Shown here one piece after another: positions 1 through 10,273 of a stretch of 64,000 nucleotides of DNA (its first letter is position 1; each line of letters opens with the position of its first letter). The stretch comes from an uncultured virus (IMG/VR IMGVR_UViG_2643221865_000003). Lineage: Duplodnaviria; Heunggongvirae; Uroviricota; Caudoviricetes. The stretch lies in IMG/VR virus record IMGVR_UViG_2643221865_000003. One strand, 5' to 3'. The position numbers and the translations under genes were made by a program. Below the pieces are notes generated by a model. The model saw only the letters and a program-made list of their open reading frames with translations, did not search any database and was not told where the DNA came from.

Positions 1-2502
1 GTGTACCCACGAACCGTGAAGTTGGCCGCCAGCACCACCCTCGCAGTTCTCATCAGCGCCGCCTTTGCGGTCATCCCGGCAGCAGCACCAGACGCCTCCG
101 CCTCGACCGGCTGCAAACCTGTCGCCGTCATAGCGTTCCGCGGGTCTGGGGAGAAGAACCTCGTCGAGACTGTCACCTCGAACGCCGGGAAGGATCATCG
201 CTACGGCAAGACCAACCTCGTCACGAACGGCTGGGAGGGGTGGCGGCTGAAAGGGATGCTCGAGGAGTACGCCCCAATCACCTACAAAGACGGGTTCAAG
301 GCTGACTCCGTTCCCGTGATCGCGATCGCGCCGCCGGACTCCACCACCGATGTCGGGTACCCGGCAGTCGAAGCATGGACCGAGGTGTTCTCGAAGCTGA
401 ACGGATCAGCTGTCGCCGGAACCAACGCAGCTGTCAAGAAGATGACTGCGTTCAAGGCCAGCCAGCCCGCCGGATGCCCGTCCCCGCAGTTCATCGCGGT
501 CGGCTACTCACAGGGAGCGATGGCGGCACGGCTCCTCGCCCAGGCGAACCCGAAATCCGTCATCGGGGTTATCGACATCGGCGACCCATACCAAAAGCCT
601 GACTCCGCCGGCAACGAAGGGTCGAAGAAAGCCGGGAACGGCTTCATGCGGTGGAACTACCCGTTCCTGCAGTCGACCATCGACAAGTTCTACGGCGAGT
701 CCTTCGCCAAGGCGGCCATCTGTCATGACGGCGACGTCATCTGCGACTTCCGATGGGGCACGTCGTACAAGTTCGCGACAGGGGACTTCAAAGACCACGG
801 TTCGTACTACACCTCCGCCTACCCAAACGAAGCGAAGGACAAGGCGAAGCAGGTAGCCGACCTCGCCCACACATCGTGGAAGCGGACCACGACGACCACA
901 CCGCCGACCACCAGGCCCGCGGATGTCGTGTTCGTCATCGACACCACGGGATCCATGTCGGGATACATCGACCAGGCTGTCGCAACCGCAGCCAGCGTCG
1001 CTGCGTCAACGCTGGCCGCGGCGCCCGGCTCACGTGTCGGTCTGGTCCAGTTCCGAGACCACGGGGACGACATCGTCGCCCAAACAGTGGTGCCGCTGAC
1101 CACGAACTTCTCCTCATTGACGGCTGGACTCTCCACCCTCTACGCCGACGGCGGCGGCGACTGGCCTGAAGCCGTCTACTCAGGAATTGTGGAAGGAGCC
1201 CGCCAATCCTGGAAGGCTGGTGTCTCGCGCTCCATCATTCTGATCGGAGACGCCCCGCCCCATGACCCGGAGGACGTGACGGGCTACACGGCGGCTCAGG
1301 TCACAGCAATCTTGAAGGGCGGGCCGATCCCGGCAGCCAAGATGCTCGCCCGCAGCGCTCCGGTCGAAGATGACTCCCTGGGGCAGGGAACCCAAGACGG
1401 ACCCGATGCCGTACCACCGACAGCGGACGTTCCGGTTGACGCAGGCGACGCTCCAGCCGAGCCGCATGTGGATGACACAGGAGACCCAACTCCAGCAACA
1501 ACACGCTTGGCGCCCACCAGCCCGGTGGCCGCCGCAGAAGAGGCTGGAAGCTTCGACCCGATCGTCCTGTACGCAGCATCTGCCGTGCCGGAGCTCACCG
1601 AAGCTCTGACCCCCATCACCGACGCGACAGGCGGTCAGGTGTTCCCGATCGACGATCCCGATGGCCTCGACGGAGCGCTGGAGGAGGCGCTGGAGGACAC
1701 CACTGAGGCACCATCAGCTGCAGTGCGGGTCGGTGAACCGGCCATCGCAGGCTTGCAGACCGTCATCTCTGCTGTGGACTCCGCCACCTTCGACAACGCC
1801 GGAACCTTCGAGTTCGACTTGGACGGAGACGGGACGTTCGAGTTGACTCCATCGGAGCCGTCGTTCGCACACGCCTTCCCAACAGCTGGGACGTACACGG
1901 TGGGCGTCAAGGTCACCGACACTAAGGGTCGGGCAAGCGTGGCTCAGACGACTGTCGATGTCCTGCCTGAGTCCGCCACCGAACCGTTGCTGGACTTCAC
2001 TACTCCGACCCTGACAGTGAAAGCGAGCCCGGGAACTGTGGTCCAGGGCGCGTTCGCGCCAGTGACAGTCGAGGGCGGAGAGCCATCCGAGTACCTCCTC
2101 GTCCCGGAAGGGGACGACGTATGGACCACCGCTCCGACCTACACCGCGCCGGTTCCAGAGAACTGGGCAACTGCAGGCCTGGAGATCCCCGCAACCGTAC
2201 CCACCGGCTCATACAGCCTCGTCATCGGTTCGGAAACTTCCGGCTGGGGTCAAGGGACACTGCAGGTCACGGCGGCACCCGCCGGACCGACCACCCCGCC
2301 GACGACACCGCCCAGCGCCGGCCCCGCGGGGGCCGACGGCCCTACCCCGATAGCCGGGCCGTCCGGAAGCTCGGGAACTACGCAGCTTTCATCCACCGGT
2401 GCTGATCCGTCGGCCGCATTGCTGACCGCATCCCTGCTCGCTGTCGCAGGCTTGCTTCTCGCAGGGTTCGCTCGCCGCCGGAAAGTTGGCGGCGACCGGT
2501 AG
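1..2502 (+). CDS. Secreted, wall-anchored cutinase-family hydrolase with vWA and PKD domains
   Basis: Signal peptide; cutinase motifs GYSQGA and CHDGDVIC; vWA MIDAS DTTGSM, GGGDWPEA and IGDAPPH; PKD-like FDLDGDG..AGTYTVGVKVTD; C-terminal LSSTG, hydrophobic helix and RRRK sorting signal. Confidence 0.85.
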   Translation: MYPRTVKLAASTTLAVLISAAFAVIPAAAPDASASTGCKPVAVIAFRGSGEKNLVETVTSNAGKDHRYGKTNLVTNGWEGWRLKGMLEEYAPITYKDGFKADSVPVIAIAPPDSTTDVGYPAVEAWTEVFSKLNGSAVAGTNAAVKKMTAFKASQPAGCPSPQFIAVGYSQGAMAARLLAQANPKSVIGVIDIGDPYQKPDSAGNEGSKKAGNGFMRWNYPFLQSTIDKFYGESFAKAAICHDGDVICDFRWGTSYKFATGDFKDHGSYYTSAYPNEAKDKAKQVADLAHTSWKRTTTTTPPTTRPADVVFVIDTTGSMSGYIDQAVATAASVAASTLAAAPGSRVGLVQFRDHGDDIVAQTVVPLTTNFSSLTAGLSTLYADGGGDWPEAVYSGIVEGARQSWKAGVSRSIILIGDAPPHDPEDVTGYTAAQVTAILKGGPIPAAKMLARSAPVEDDSLGQGTQDGPDAVPPTADVPVDAGDAPAEPHVDDTGDPTPATTRLAPTSPVAAAEEAGSFDPIVLYAASAVPELTEALTPITDATGGQVFPIDDPDGLDGALEEALEDTTEAPSAAVRVGEPAIAGLQTVISAVDSATFDNAGTFEFDLDGDGTFELTPSEPSFAHAFPTAGTYTVGVKVTDTKGRASVAQTTVDVLPESATEPLLDFTTPTLTVKASPGTVVQGAFAPVTVEGGEPSEYLLVPEGDDVWTTAPTYTAPVPENWATAGLEIPATVPTGSYSLVIGSETSGWGQGTLQVTAAPAGPTTPPTTPPSAGPAGADGPTPIAGPSGSSGTTQLSSTGADPSAALLTASLLAVAGLLLAGFARRRKVGGDR

Positions 2503-2673
2503 CCCCGCGGTTAGCAGCCCCGTCAGGAGCCAGGAAATCGACGCGTGACCTTCTGGTGAGGAACGCTCACAGCTTGCTTCCAACGTTCGTACAGACGTCA
2601 CTCACTCCCGCCATGTAGCTTCGCCGATTGGGGTGAAGTAGCCTCGCGCCCTCTTCCCCTCACCTGAAAACCG

Positions 2674-3183
2674 TTGATGACTCTTAGCACTCCGATCGTC
2701 GCGAGCTCCGCGACGCTCTTCCTCGCTGCTGCCGCAGTTGTACTGTTCGCGGCTTCCCCTGCCTCTGCTCCTGGTTACAGCGCCGACTCAGCAGACCAGA
2801 ATCTCTCGAACGTGGTCGTCACCGAGTCGGACTACAGCACCATCAGCGACGGCACGACGCCGATCGACAACGAAACCAAGCGGTTCGTGCATCGGCACAA
2901 CGAGCAGTCAGCTGGCCGTGATCAGGTTGCGTTCCCGGCTGAGCCGACGGTTGCGCCGTCGACGTCCGAACCGGTTTCCGCCGAGCCCGTCGACGAGACG
3001 TCACCCACCGTGAAGCCGACCCCGCGCCCGGAACCCGCGAAGCCTTCCGAGCCGACCGGCGCGGTGGAGACGCCGGAGCCGGCCGCCCCTGAAGCGGAAC
3101 CTGACCCTTCGAAGCCCAACGTCGGCTCGTCAGCACCTGCCAACGACGACGAGGCCGTGGAGCCAGGCCCGACCGTCGGCTGA
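2674..3183 (+). CDS. Secreted Pro/Glu-rich hypothetical protein
   Basis: Hydrophobic signal peptide, low-complexity tail. Confidence 0.6.
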   Translation: MMTLSTPIVASSATLFLAAAAVVLFAASPASAPGYSADSADQNLSNVVVTESDYSTISDGTTPIDNETKRFVHRHNEQSAGRDQVAFPAEPTVAPSTSEPVSAEPVDETSPTVKPTPRPEPAKPSEPTGAVETPEPAAPEAEPDPSKPNVGSSAPANDDEAVEPGPTVG

Positions 3184-3191
3184 CGCTTCGT

Positions 3192-3434
3192 CTACCTGGT
3201 TCGGTCTCGCTTGGCCCTGACCATCGTGTAGATGGTGAGCGGCGCGATCCAGAGCAGGGCGAGCGCGGTGAGGATGATGGCGACCACCTGCATCGCCCCG
3301 GTCGCACCGTCGAGGTAGCTCAGGATCGCGACGGTCAGGCCGAGGGCGAGCAGTGCGGTCGCGGTCAGCCCCCACCGAGTCGGGATCATCCACCATTGAC
3401 GGTTCTGCTGTGGTGTGGTCATCGGCTTCACCAT
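3192..3434 (-). CDS. Small two-TM membrane protein
   Basis: Two hydrophobic segments, basic C-terminus; start uncertain. Confidence 0.6.
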   Translation of the reverse strand: MVKPMTTPQQNRQWWMIPTRWGLTATALLALGLTVAILSYLDGATGAMQVVAIILTALALLWIAPLTIYTMVRAKRDRTR

Positions 3435-3498
3435 AGGGCTTTCTGTGTTCGGATCTCGCTCTGGGGCTCGATGGCGTGTCTGTGCGCGCCTGCGGAGG

Positions 3499-4860
3499 TC
3501 ACGCCGCCTCGAGCATCTTCTGCTGGGCGAGCACCTGCTGCGCTGCGCGTTCCACCGCCACGGTCACTGGGTCGGTGATCTCCGCGTCGGGGCGGGCGTT
3601 GAACCGGCCGTAGAACTGCCGCACCTTCCCGTCGGTGGACAGTTCGATGTTGGCGAGTAGGCCGCCGGTCTCCTCGTTGGTGACGGCGAGCAGGTACGTG
3701 TGGCCGCTGATCGCCTGTGACCGGTACGACGCGATGCAGTGCTGCATCTGGTCACCCCAGTCGAGCAGCTGGTCGGTCTCCCGTGCCGCTTCGATGATGT
3801 GGCCGGCCGCACGGATCCCGTCGACAGCGTCGGTGACCGGGTGCGACGGGATCGGCAGGTTCATGTTCCTGAACCGGCGGACGGTTGACGCCAGGGCGTC
3901 GTGGAGTTCACGCCACGTCTTCGCCTGCGCCACAGCGGGTGGCGGTGTGGTGGTCCACGCTTCGGTGCCGGCAGCGTCGGTCAGCGTCTTGTACGAGTAG
4001 ACGGCGTCTTCGATCCAGCGGAACCCGTCCTTGGTGATTCCGGGGATCAGCATCAGCAGCCGTCGGCGGCGTTGCGGCGGGACGAGCGCGAACAGCTTCC
4101 CGAAGCTTGGTAGCTCACGCTCACCTCCCCACCCGAACTTGCGGACCTTCGCCCAGTCGGTCGGTGTGGCGACGGACGCTCGGAGGAACTCCACCAGCCA
4201 GTCCACCTCAACGTGCTTCGCTGCCTCGCGGGCGATCTGGACGTCGAACATGTTGGCTGCGGCCACGGCCTTCACCAGGTCTTTCCGGGTGCGGCGGACG
4301 CCGAACGTTGCAGTGGTGAACTCCGCGGCGGTCTTGGCCCGAAGTGCACGTGCCGGGATGTGTCGGTGGCGGGGACCGGTGAGGATCCCGTCCTGACCTG
4401 CCTTCGCCAGCTCCAGGAGGTACGGGTGGGCGACGGCACGGAACAGCTCAGACTTCTTCATCGTCTCGTGGCCCTCGGGGACACCAGTGGTGCGGTGCAG
4501 CATTCGTGTGGCGGCTTCCAACAGCTCCGGCGGGAAGGTCCTGTCGTTGTCCAGCAGATGCCGTGTCTGCTCCCACGATTCCGTCATCACCGACGGTTTG
4601 TTCCTGGTGGCGGCGCTGCGGCTGCGGATCCGCAGCAGACGTTCGCCGGACTTCGTCGGCTTCGCGGAGAAGAACGTCCGCGCGCCGTAGTACCAGTAGC
4701 TCACCTCGCGCCCATCCTTCAGGGGGCGGGTGCGAGTCTGCGACTCGGTGAACGTGACGGTGTCGAACTTCTCGATGATGATGCCGCGTTCGGGGATGAC
4801 GGTGTGGCGGTCCACCCAATGCTGGGCGGGCAGGGCGATGGTGGCGGGCGCGGTGGGCAT
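3499..4860 (-). CDS. PcfJ-like domain protein
   Basis: C-terminal LLDWGDQMQHCIASY..NIEL..VRQFYGRFN resembles PcfJ; SD AAGGAGG. Confidence 0.75.
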   Translation of the reverse strand: MPTAPATIALPAQHWVDRHTVIPERGIIIEKFDTVTFTESQTRTRPLKDGREVSYWYYGARTFFSAKPTKSGERLLRIRSRSAATRNKPSVMTESWEQTRHLLDNDRTFPPELLEAATRMLHRTTGVPEGHETMKKSELFRAVAHPYLLELAKAGQDGILTGPRHRHIPARALRAKTAAEFTTATFGVRRTRKDLVKAVAAANMFDVQIAREAAKHVEVDWLVEFLRASVATPTDWAKVRKFGWGGERELPSFGKLFALVPPQRRRRLLMLIPGITKDGFRWIEDAVYSYKTLTDAAGTEAWTTTPPPAVAQAKTWRELHDALASTVRRFRNMNLPIPSHPVTDAVDGIRAAGHIIEAARETDQLLDWGDQMQHCIASYRSQAISGHTYLLAVTNEETGGLLANIELSTDGKVRQFYGRFNARPDAEITDPVTVAVERAAQQVLAQQKMLEAA

Positions 4861-4882
4861 GGTGGAACCTCCTTGGTTCCTA

Positions 4883-4891
4883 CATGCGCGG
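4883..4891 (-). promoter_or_regulatory. Motif A (CCGCRCATG)
   Basis: CCGCGCATG just upstream of the SD of 3499..4860. Confidence 0.7.
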
Positions 4892-4925
4892 AATCACCAG
4901 CTCGTGAGGAAGGCGATAGCCAGGC

Positions 4926-5624
4926 TCAGGTGTTCGGCGGTTCCACCAGCAGCACCGGCCCAGCCTTCGGCGCCGGCCACACCTGCACGACGTACACCTC
5001 GTCGAGGTCGTCGCTGACACCGTCGTAGTGGAGTTCGCGGCCGCGGGCTGAGATCCGCACCCGGTAGTCACCGGGTCCGTTGATCGCTGCGCTGCGGATC
5101 TGCGCTGCATCTTCGAACGAGGTGATGTCGATGATCCCGAACTCGGAGTGGATGGATGCCTCCCCGACCCATTCGCCGTCCAGCATCGGCGGTTCCTCAC
5201 GGGTGGCTTCCACCCGGATGGGGACCAGTCCGGTGTTCAGCCCGGTGAACACCACCACCCCGGTGTCGGACAGCGCGAACAGACGGTTCTGGTAGTTGGT
5301 CGTGGTGAAGATGCTGCCGTCGCCGTCCGGGTGGGCTCCGTCGACGGAGAAGAACCCTTCGTGGATGCGGATGGTGGCCGCCGCCGTGAACGGCTCACCG
5401 CCCGTGTGCGTCTTCGGCGGTCTGACGCCGAGGTTCGCCCTGATCGCCGCCGCCCGCTCCGCGTCGGTCATCGGCGGGTGGAGTTCGTGTGCCCGGATCA
5501 GCGCCGCCCGCGCCGCCGCGGCATCTTCATCGTCCTGCAGAGGCTGGATGATCTGAGCGAACAGGTAACTGTCTCGGTCGCGGTCGTCTGTCACGACGGT
5601 CAGAGTATCGCGGGCTTCCCACAC
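4926..5624 (-). CDS. Hypothetical protein
   Basis: Protein-like ORF; start uncertain. Confidence 0.55.
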   Translation of the reverse strand: MWEARDTLTVVTDDRDRDSYLFAQIIQPLQDDEDAAAARAALIRAHELHPPMTDAERAAAIRANLGVRPPKTHTGGEPFTAAATIRIHEGFFSVDGAHPDGDGSIFTTTNYQNRLFALSDTGVVVFTGLNTGLVPIRVEATREEPPMLDGEWVGEASIHSEFGIIDITSFEDAAQIRSAAINGPGDYRVRISARGRELHYDGVSDDLDEVYVVQVWPAPKAGPVLLVEPPNT

Positions 5625-5807
5625 TGGATCTCGGATCCATTGGTCAATCGGGTCTGAGCGGCGTACTACTCGGTGCAGCCACTCAGCAGCAGCGGCTCAC
5701 ACCCTCCCGCCAAATTGGGTCGGTGAAGCGCTGGCCACAGCGCCGCCAGCTGCGTATGAGTAGTCGGGACCAAATCGGCCCCAGCACCGAAACGAAACGA
5801 GAACCCC

Positions 5808-6371
5808 ATGACCAACCCCTTCAACCCCAGCTTCGACGACATGCTGCGCGACCTCCTGTCGACGCTCGAGGCGACCGGCACCCACCCGGTCCCGGACGGC
5901 ATCACCGACCCGACGGACGCCGGCGGAAAGATCCTGTCGGCGATCGAGAGCCTCCGCTCGACCGCCGGCATCCGTCCCGGAGACTGGAAGGTCGCGAACC
6001 AGCACCGTCTCGGCGGGATCGTCGAAGCGTTCACCGTACTGCTCACCGCTGTCCCCGGCACCGTCCTCATGGACATGCCGACGTCGATGGTCGAGGACGA
6101 CGGGCCGTCCATCGGGTTCTTCGCCCTCCTCCCCTACGGGACGTTCGCACCGATCACCGTGATGTTCCTCGCCCAGCACCAGGCCGTCACCAACCCGTGC
6201 TCGCCGTTCACCGGCTTCGTGGAGGAGGAGATCCAGGTGACGCTGGCCGGGGTGCGCCCGGACGCCGAGACGCAGCAGGTGTGCGACCAGGTGGAGGAGT
6301 TCTTCATGGCGCAGCTCCGCCGCGGTCGCGGTGTGGCCGGGTACTACGGGATCGCCGACCAGCTGGTGTGA
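5808..6371 (+). CDS. Hypothetical protein
   Basis: Strong GC3 bias; followed by a hairpin; motif A variant CTGCGTATG at 5750. Confidence 0.75.
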   Translation: MTNPFNPSFDDMLRDLLSTLEATGTHPVPDGITDPTDAGGKILSAIESLRSTAGIRPGDWKVANQHRLGGIVEAFTVLLTAVPGTVLMDMPTSMVEDDGPSIGFFALLPYGTFAPITVMFLAQHQAVTNPCSPFTGFVEEEIQVTLAGVRPDAETQQVCDQVEEFFMAQLRRGRGVAGYYGIADQLV

Positions 6372-6381
6372 CCGAAGGCGT

Positions 6382-6412
6382 GGCCGGGGTGGGAGCGGAA
6401 CTCACCCCGGCC
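6382..6412. terminator. Hairpin between convergent genes
   Basis: GGCCGGGGTG..CACCCCGGCC 10-bp inverted repeat. Confidence 0.65.
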
Positions 6413-6431
6413 TGCCTGTTCAGCTGAAGGA

Positions 6432-6998
6432 CTACGGTGCGAGCAGCGCCGCGACAGCGTCAACCCGATCCTGCACTTCCTGTTCCGGTGTGCCGAAGCC
6501 GACTGCGGGGAGCATCGACAGCATGGTGATCCAGGCGTTCTGAAGTGACGGCGTAACGTCGACGCCGGCTTTCCAAAGCTGGCCGACCCGGACGGCGACG
6601 GAGTTGCTCCGCTCCCGGTACTTCCCGTGTTCCGCCACCTCTGCCGGCGACCATTCCCTTGCTGCGGACACCCGGTTCTCGGCGACGAGGATGAACAGGC
6701 ACACGTCGTACCCGTCGGACCGGATCGCGGAGAACGTCTGTGAGCTGCTGGTGTCCGCGGCGACGTTGCGGACCTTCACCTGCACACGCCGGCCATCCTC
6801 GGCGATGAGGTCGTAAGACTTCGCGGAGTTGTTCTCCAGCGTCCCGCCGTAGGCGATCGCAGCCGCGTATTCGGCGAGGTCACCGACGGGTGCGTTCTTC
6901 GTCCGGACGAGACCGCGCCGGCGGAGCTCGTCGAGGATCCCGGAGTACGTGTCGAGGAGCTCCCCGACGGTCAAGGTAGTGAGGTCGATGCTGGTCAC
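6432..6998 (-). CDS. DUF6998-like PD-(D/E)XK nuclease-fold protein
   Basis: GDLAEY..SYDLIAEDGRRVQVK motif; probably leaderless. Confidence 0.7.
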   Translation of the reverse strand: MTSIDLTTLTVGELLDTYSGILDELRRRGLVRTKNAPVGDLAEYAAAIAYGGTLENNSAKSYDLIAEDGRRVQVKVRNVAADTSSSQTFSAIRSDGYDVCLFILVAENRVSAAREWSPAEVAEHGKYRERSNSVAVRVGQLWKAGVDVTPSLQNAWITMLSMLPAVGFGTPEQEVQDRVDAVAALLAP

Positions 6999-7057
6999 CG
7001 GTCGATTGTGTCAGCACCGTGCGACGTAAACGGGCGGCGCCACCGAAGTGACAAAGT

Positions 7058-7066
7058 CCGCACATG
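7058..7066 (+). promoter_or_regulatory. Motif A
   Basis: GAAG-N10-CCGCACATG-TCGGT upstream of the TFTG paralog triplet. Confidence 0.7.
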
Positions 7067-7105
7067 TCGGTGGTGAATCCCAACCCCACCGTCGAAGGAG
7101 CCACC

Positions 7106-7618
7106 TTGGTCACATTCACCGGCATCGACGCCACCGTCGAGCTTCTCGCCCCGTTCCTCGGACAGCCCGTCGTCATCACCTCGAAGATTCCGGGCGACCG
7201 TGAACTCCAGGCCTTCGGTGTGTTCGGGTCCGCGGTCATCGATCCCATGCACCACCGCGGCATCAGTGCGGACATCACGTTCTCGGGCGGCGGCTCATTC
7301 AGCTGGCACCACTCCGCTGCAGTCACCGTCGACCTGCTCGACCAGACGGCTGACCTGATCCCTCCCGTAGCTCAGGTCGGCAGCCGGTCCGACAACGACA
7401 AGACCACCATCACCCTGTACACGGCGAACCGCGGCGACGTGATCGTCACGGAAGACGTGCACAACGACGACAACTACAGCGCGTACCCCGGGCATTACAC
7501 CCCACGACAGGCCCTCAGCGCCTACCTCGGCCGGGACCTCCTTCTCCGCGACATCGTCAACGGCGGGCAGCGCGTCGCCAACGGTGAAACGTGGGACATC
7601 TTCCACGTCACCCGCTAA
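7106..7618 (+). CDS. Hypothetical protein, TFTG paralog 1
   Basis: TTG start after GAAGGAG; N-terminus (M)VTFTG matches the next two genes. Confidence 0.75.
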   Translation: MVTFTGIDATVELLAPFLGQPVVITSKIPGDRELQAFGVFGSAVIDPMHHRGISADITFSGGGSFSWHHSAAVTVDLLDQTADLIPPVAQVGSRSDNDKTTITLYTANRGDVIVTEDVHNDDNYSAYPGHYTPRQALSAYLGRDLLLRDIVNGGQRVANGETWDIFHVTR

Positions 7619-7637
7619 CCACGAAGGACAACAACTC

Positions 7638-8399
7638 ATGATCACGTTCACCGGCACCACAGCCACCATCGAGCAGCTCGCTCCGCTCATCGGGCAGGTC
7701 CTCACCGTCAAAGTGACCGACGCGATTCAGGGCACCACGGTCGCAGCTGGCGTCGTCGCTTCGCTCGAACTGCGGGATCTCTCACCGCACCCCGAAGACA
7801 GGACCCAAGGCCGGATCTACTTCGCCGGCGGCGGCCACATCGGCTGGAAGCGCAGCAACGAGATCGTCATCACCCTGCCCGACGACATGACCTGGAAGCC
7901 AGCGCCTGCCGCCGAGAAGGACGAGCCGGACAACGACAAGATCACCTCCACCTTCTACGTCCGGTACACCACCGAGGGCACCATCGTCACCACCGACCCG
8001 ACGGCCACCGGTGTCACTTACAGCGACATGCCGTCACCGCTCAAGGCGCTGTCCCATCAGGTCGGCCGGAATCTGAAGCGCGGCGACATCGAGGACGGCG
8101 GCCAGCTCGTCACCCCCCACGCCACCTGGGAGGTCTGGCACGTCCCCACGAACGCCACCGCCCACACTGACAAGCCGGCCACCGCCGACAACACCATCAC
8201 GCTGTACGCCCAGTACACCGAGGAGGGCACCGTCGTCACCGCCGACCCCACAGAACCCGGCATCACCTACGAGCGGAACCTCGGCGCTGTGCGAGCCATC
8301 CGCAAGCACCTGAACGACCTCCCCGGCGACGACATCTACTCATCCGGCATGTACACGCTCCTCGGCGAAGAGTGGATGGTCTGGCACGTAACCGTCTGA
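7638..8399 (+). CDS. Hypothetical protein, TFTG paralog 2 with duplicated C-terminal domain
   Basis: MITFTG start after GAAGGA; two YTxEGTxVTxDPT repeats. Confidence 0.8.
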   Translation: MITFTGTTATIEQLAPLIGQVLTVKVTDAIQGTTVAAGVVASLELRDLSPHPEDRTQGRIYFAGGGHIGWKRSNEIVITLPDDMTWKPAPAAEKDEPDNDKITSTFYVRYTTEGTIVTTDPTATGVTYSDMPSPLKALSHQVGRNLKRGDIEDGGQLVTPHATWEVWHVPTNATAHTDKPATADNTITLYAQYTEEGTVVTADPTEPGITYERNLGAVRAIRKHLNDLPGDDIYSSGMYTLLGEEWMVWHVTV

Positions 8400-8444
8400 C
8401 CTGACCCGCCGCCACCCATCACAACTTCGAAGGAACAACACCTC

Positions 8445-8951
8445 ATGGTCACATTCACCGGCACCGCCGGCTCTCTCACCGAGCTGGCGCCGTTCCACGG
8501 TCAGCCTGTCTTCGTTGTCGTTCGCGGCCGCGAGTACGTCAAGCAGGCGTTCGGTACTGTCAAGTCGATGAACTTCAGCGACGCTGCAGATGGCTTCGCG
8601 CGCATCGGAATCATCAGCTTCACGAACGGTGAGGTCAGCTGGGAAGCCGGTCAGGAAGTGACCGTAGACCACATCGCCAACCTCGACGCCGTGGACACTT
8701 CACCGATCCCCGAGGTGGACATCGAGATCCCCGACACCCTCTACTCCCACTACGACGGCCGATGGTTCAACGTCACAATGAGCACCGACAGCACCGGCGG
8801 CCGATACCCCGGACGGGACGGCCTCGCGGAAGTGTTCAGCGAGTACATCGGCCGGGAGGTGCACATGTCCGACTTCGAGCGCGGCGAAGACACCGACTTC
8901 CTCAAGAGGACGTGGATCGCCTGGCACAAGAAGCCCCAGCCAGCCGAGTAG
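8445..8951 (+). CDS. Hypothetical protein, TFTG paralog 3
   Basis: MVTFTG start after GAAGGA. Confidence 0.8.
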   Translation: MVTFTGTAGSLTELAPFHGQPVFVVVRGREYVKQAFGTVKSMNFSDAADGFARIGIISFTNGEVSWEAGQEVTVDHIANLDAVDTSPIPEVDIEIPDTLYSHYDGRWFNVTMSTDSTGGRYPGRDGLAEVFSEYIGREVHMSDFERGEDTDFLKRTWIAWHKKPQPAE

Positions 8952-8952
8952 C

Positions 8953-9384
8953 GTGGAGCCCAGCATGAGCAGGACAGACGACCACGACGGCGGCGCCCAC
9001 CCGCGCCCCACACCCTGCGCGTCCTGCCCCTACAGAAGATCCGCCCCATCGGGTGTGTGGCATGGGGAGGAGTACGCGAAACTCCCCCGGTACGACGGTG
9101 AGACGTTCGAGCAGCCGATCGCAGCGTTCATGTGCCACCACGGGGCAGGGGACGTCTGCTCAGGATGGCTCGGCCATGCCGACCCGACACAGCTGCTCGC
9201 TGTCAGGCTCGGAATCATGCACGGGAACCTGCACCCGGACTGCGCCGACTACACCACCACTGTTCCGCTGTTCCCTACCGGCGCCGCGGCCGCCGAGCAT
9301 GGGCTGGCTGAGCTGCGGGAGCCCGGCGGTCGAGCGCAGGACACCATCGACAAGCTGGTGAAACTGCGTCAGCTGAAAGGCTGA
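8953..9384 (+). CDS. DUF6283-like Cys/His-rich protein
   Basis: PCASCPYRR..SGVW..EY.KLPRYD..FMCH..CSGW pattern; start may be 8965. Confidence 0.75.
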   Translation: MEPSMSRTDDHDGGAHPRPTPCASCPYRRSAPSGVWHGEEYAKLPRYDGETFEQPIAAFMCHHGAGDVCSGWLGHADPTQLLAVRLGIMHGNLHPDCADYTTTVPLFPTGAAAAEHGLAELREPGGRAQDTIDKLVKLRQLKG

Positions 9385-9473
9385 CTTCACTCTGCGGCAA
9401 CGGGCCTTTGCTGTCGCCGAAGGCCGAGGCGTACGATGGCGCCATCGCGGGGGAACACGCGCGGAGGCGCAGC

Positions 9474-9671
9474 ATGGATATCGGATTCTGGATCCTGGCA
9501 ATCATCATCCTCGCCTTGGTCGTACTGCTCGTCGTACGAATGGTGCGACGGCGGTCAGAGCCGCCATCAGAGGACCTGACCGGCGAGCGTCTCGCAAGAC
9601 AGCGAGCGTCAGAGGAGCACGAACGCGGCACGGCCGGGAACGGACCGGGGCAAGGCAGCGCCGACTTCTGA
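9474..9671 (+). CDS. Small membrane-anchored protein
   Basis: SD GGAGG; N-terminal TM helix then RRR. Confidence 0.65.
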   Translation: MDIGFWILAIIILALVVLLVVRMVRRRSEPPSEDLTGERLARQRASEEHERGTAGNGPGQGSADF

Positions 9672-9791
9672 GCTGATCCAGGCATCGAGAATGCCCGCAA
9701 CGCCATCAGGCCGCGCATCCCAGCTCCGTGTCGCTGCTGCCGGCAGTGCGCGCCGAGTAGGTTGGAGTCCGCGACGCGATCGGAGTGGACT

Positions 9792-10265
9792 GTGAATGCA
9801 ACTGAACCGGATGCCGGCGTGAACCCGGAAGACGAGTACGACGAGGTCGTCGAAACGGTCGACGACCGCGACTACGGGACACTTCAGGAAGCGTTCCAGC
9901 AGCACCGCCGCTCCTTCGCGAACCAGCAGTTCCTGGCGCCGATCGCAGAGAAGTTCGATGCGGCCGGCTACTCGGGGCGCTCCGCTTACATCAAGGTGTC
10001 ACGCCGCGACGGCGGGCCGGCGTTGGAGATCCACGCCGGCTACACGAACGGGTTCGCATCCGAGGATGAGATCGTCCGCATCTTCGGCGACGTCGAACGT
10101 TGGCACAGCGGCCGCGGGACCGGGCTCTGGGGTGTCACTCACCCTGACCATGGCTCCCCCAGGAACGGCACCGGCAGGTCGACGAAAGACAAACGGTACG
10201 GCGGCGAATGCCCGACATGCGGTGCTGTGCTTCCACTGTCCGGAACCTGCGACTTCTGCGGCTGA
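9792..10265 (+). CDS. Hypothetical protein with C-terminal Zn ribbon
   Basis: CPTC..GTCDFC; GTG start after GGAG. Confidence 0.7.
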   Translation: MNATEPDAGVNPEDEYDEVVETVDDRDYGTLQEAFQQHRRSFANQQFLAPIAEKFDAAGYSGRSAYIKVSRRDGGPALEIHAGYTNGFASEDEIVRIFGDVERWHSGRGTGLWGVTHPDHGSPRNGTGRSTKDKRYGGECPTCGAVLPLSGTCDFCG

Positions 10266-10273
10266 CCCGTTGG

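Noticed and set aside
6432..6998. Restriction-modification or defence system
   Set aside because: Lone nuclease-like gene with no methyltransferase or partner nearby
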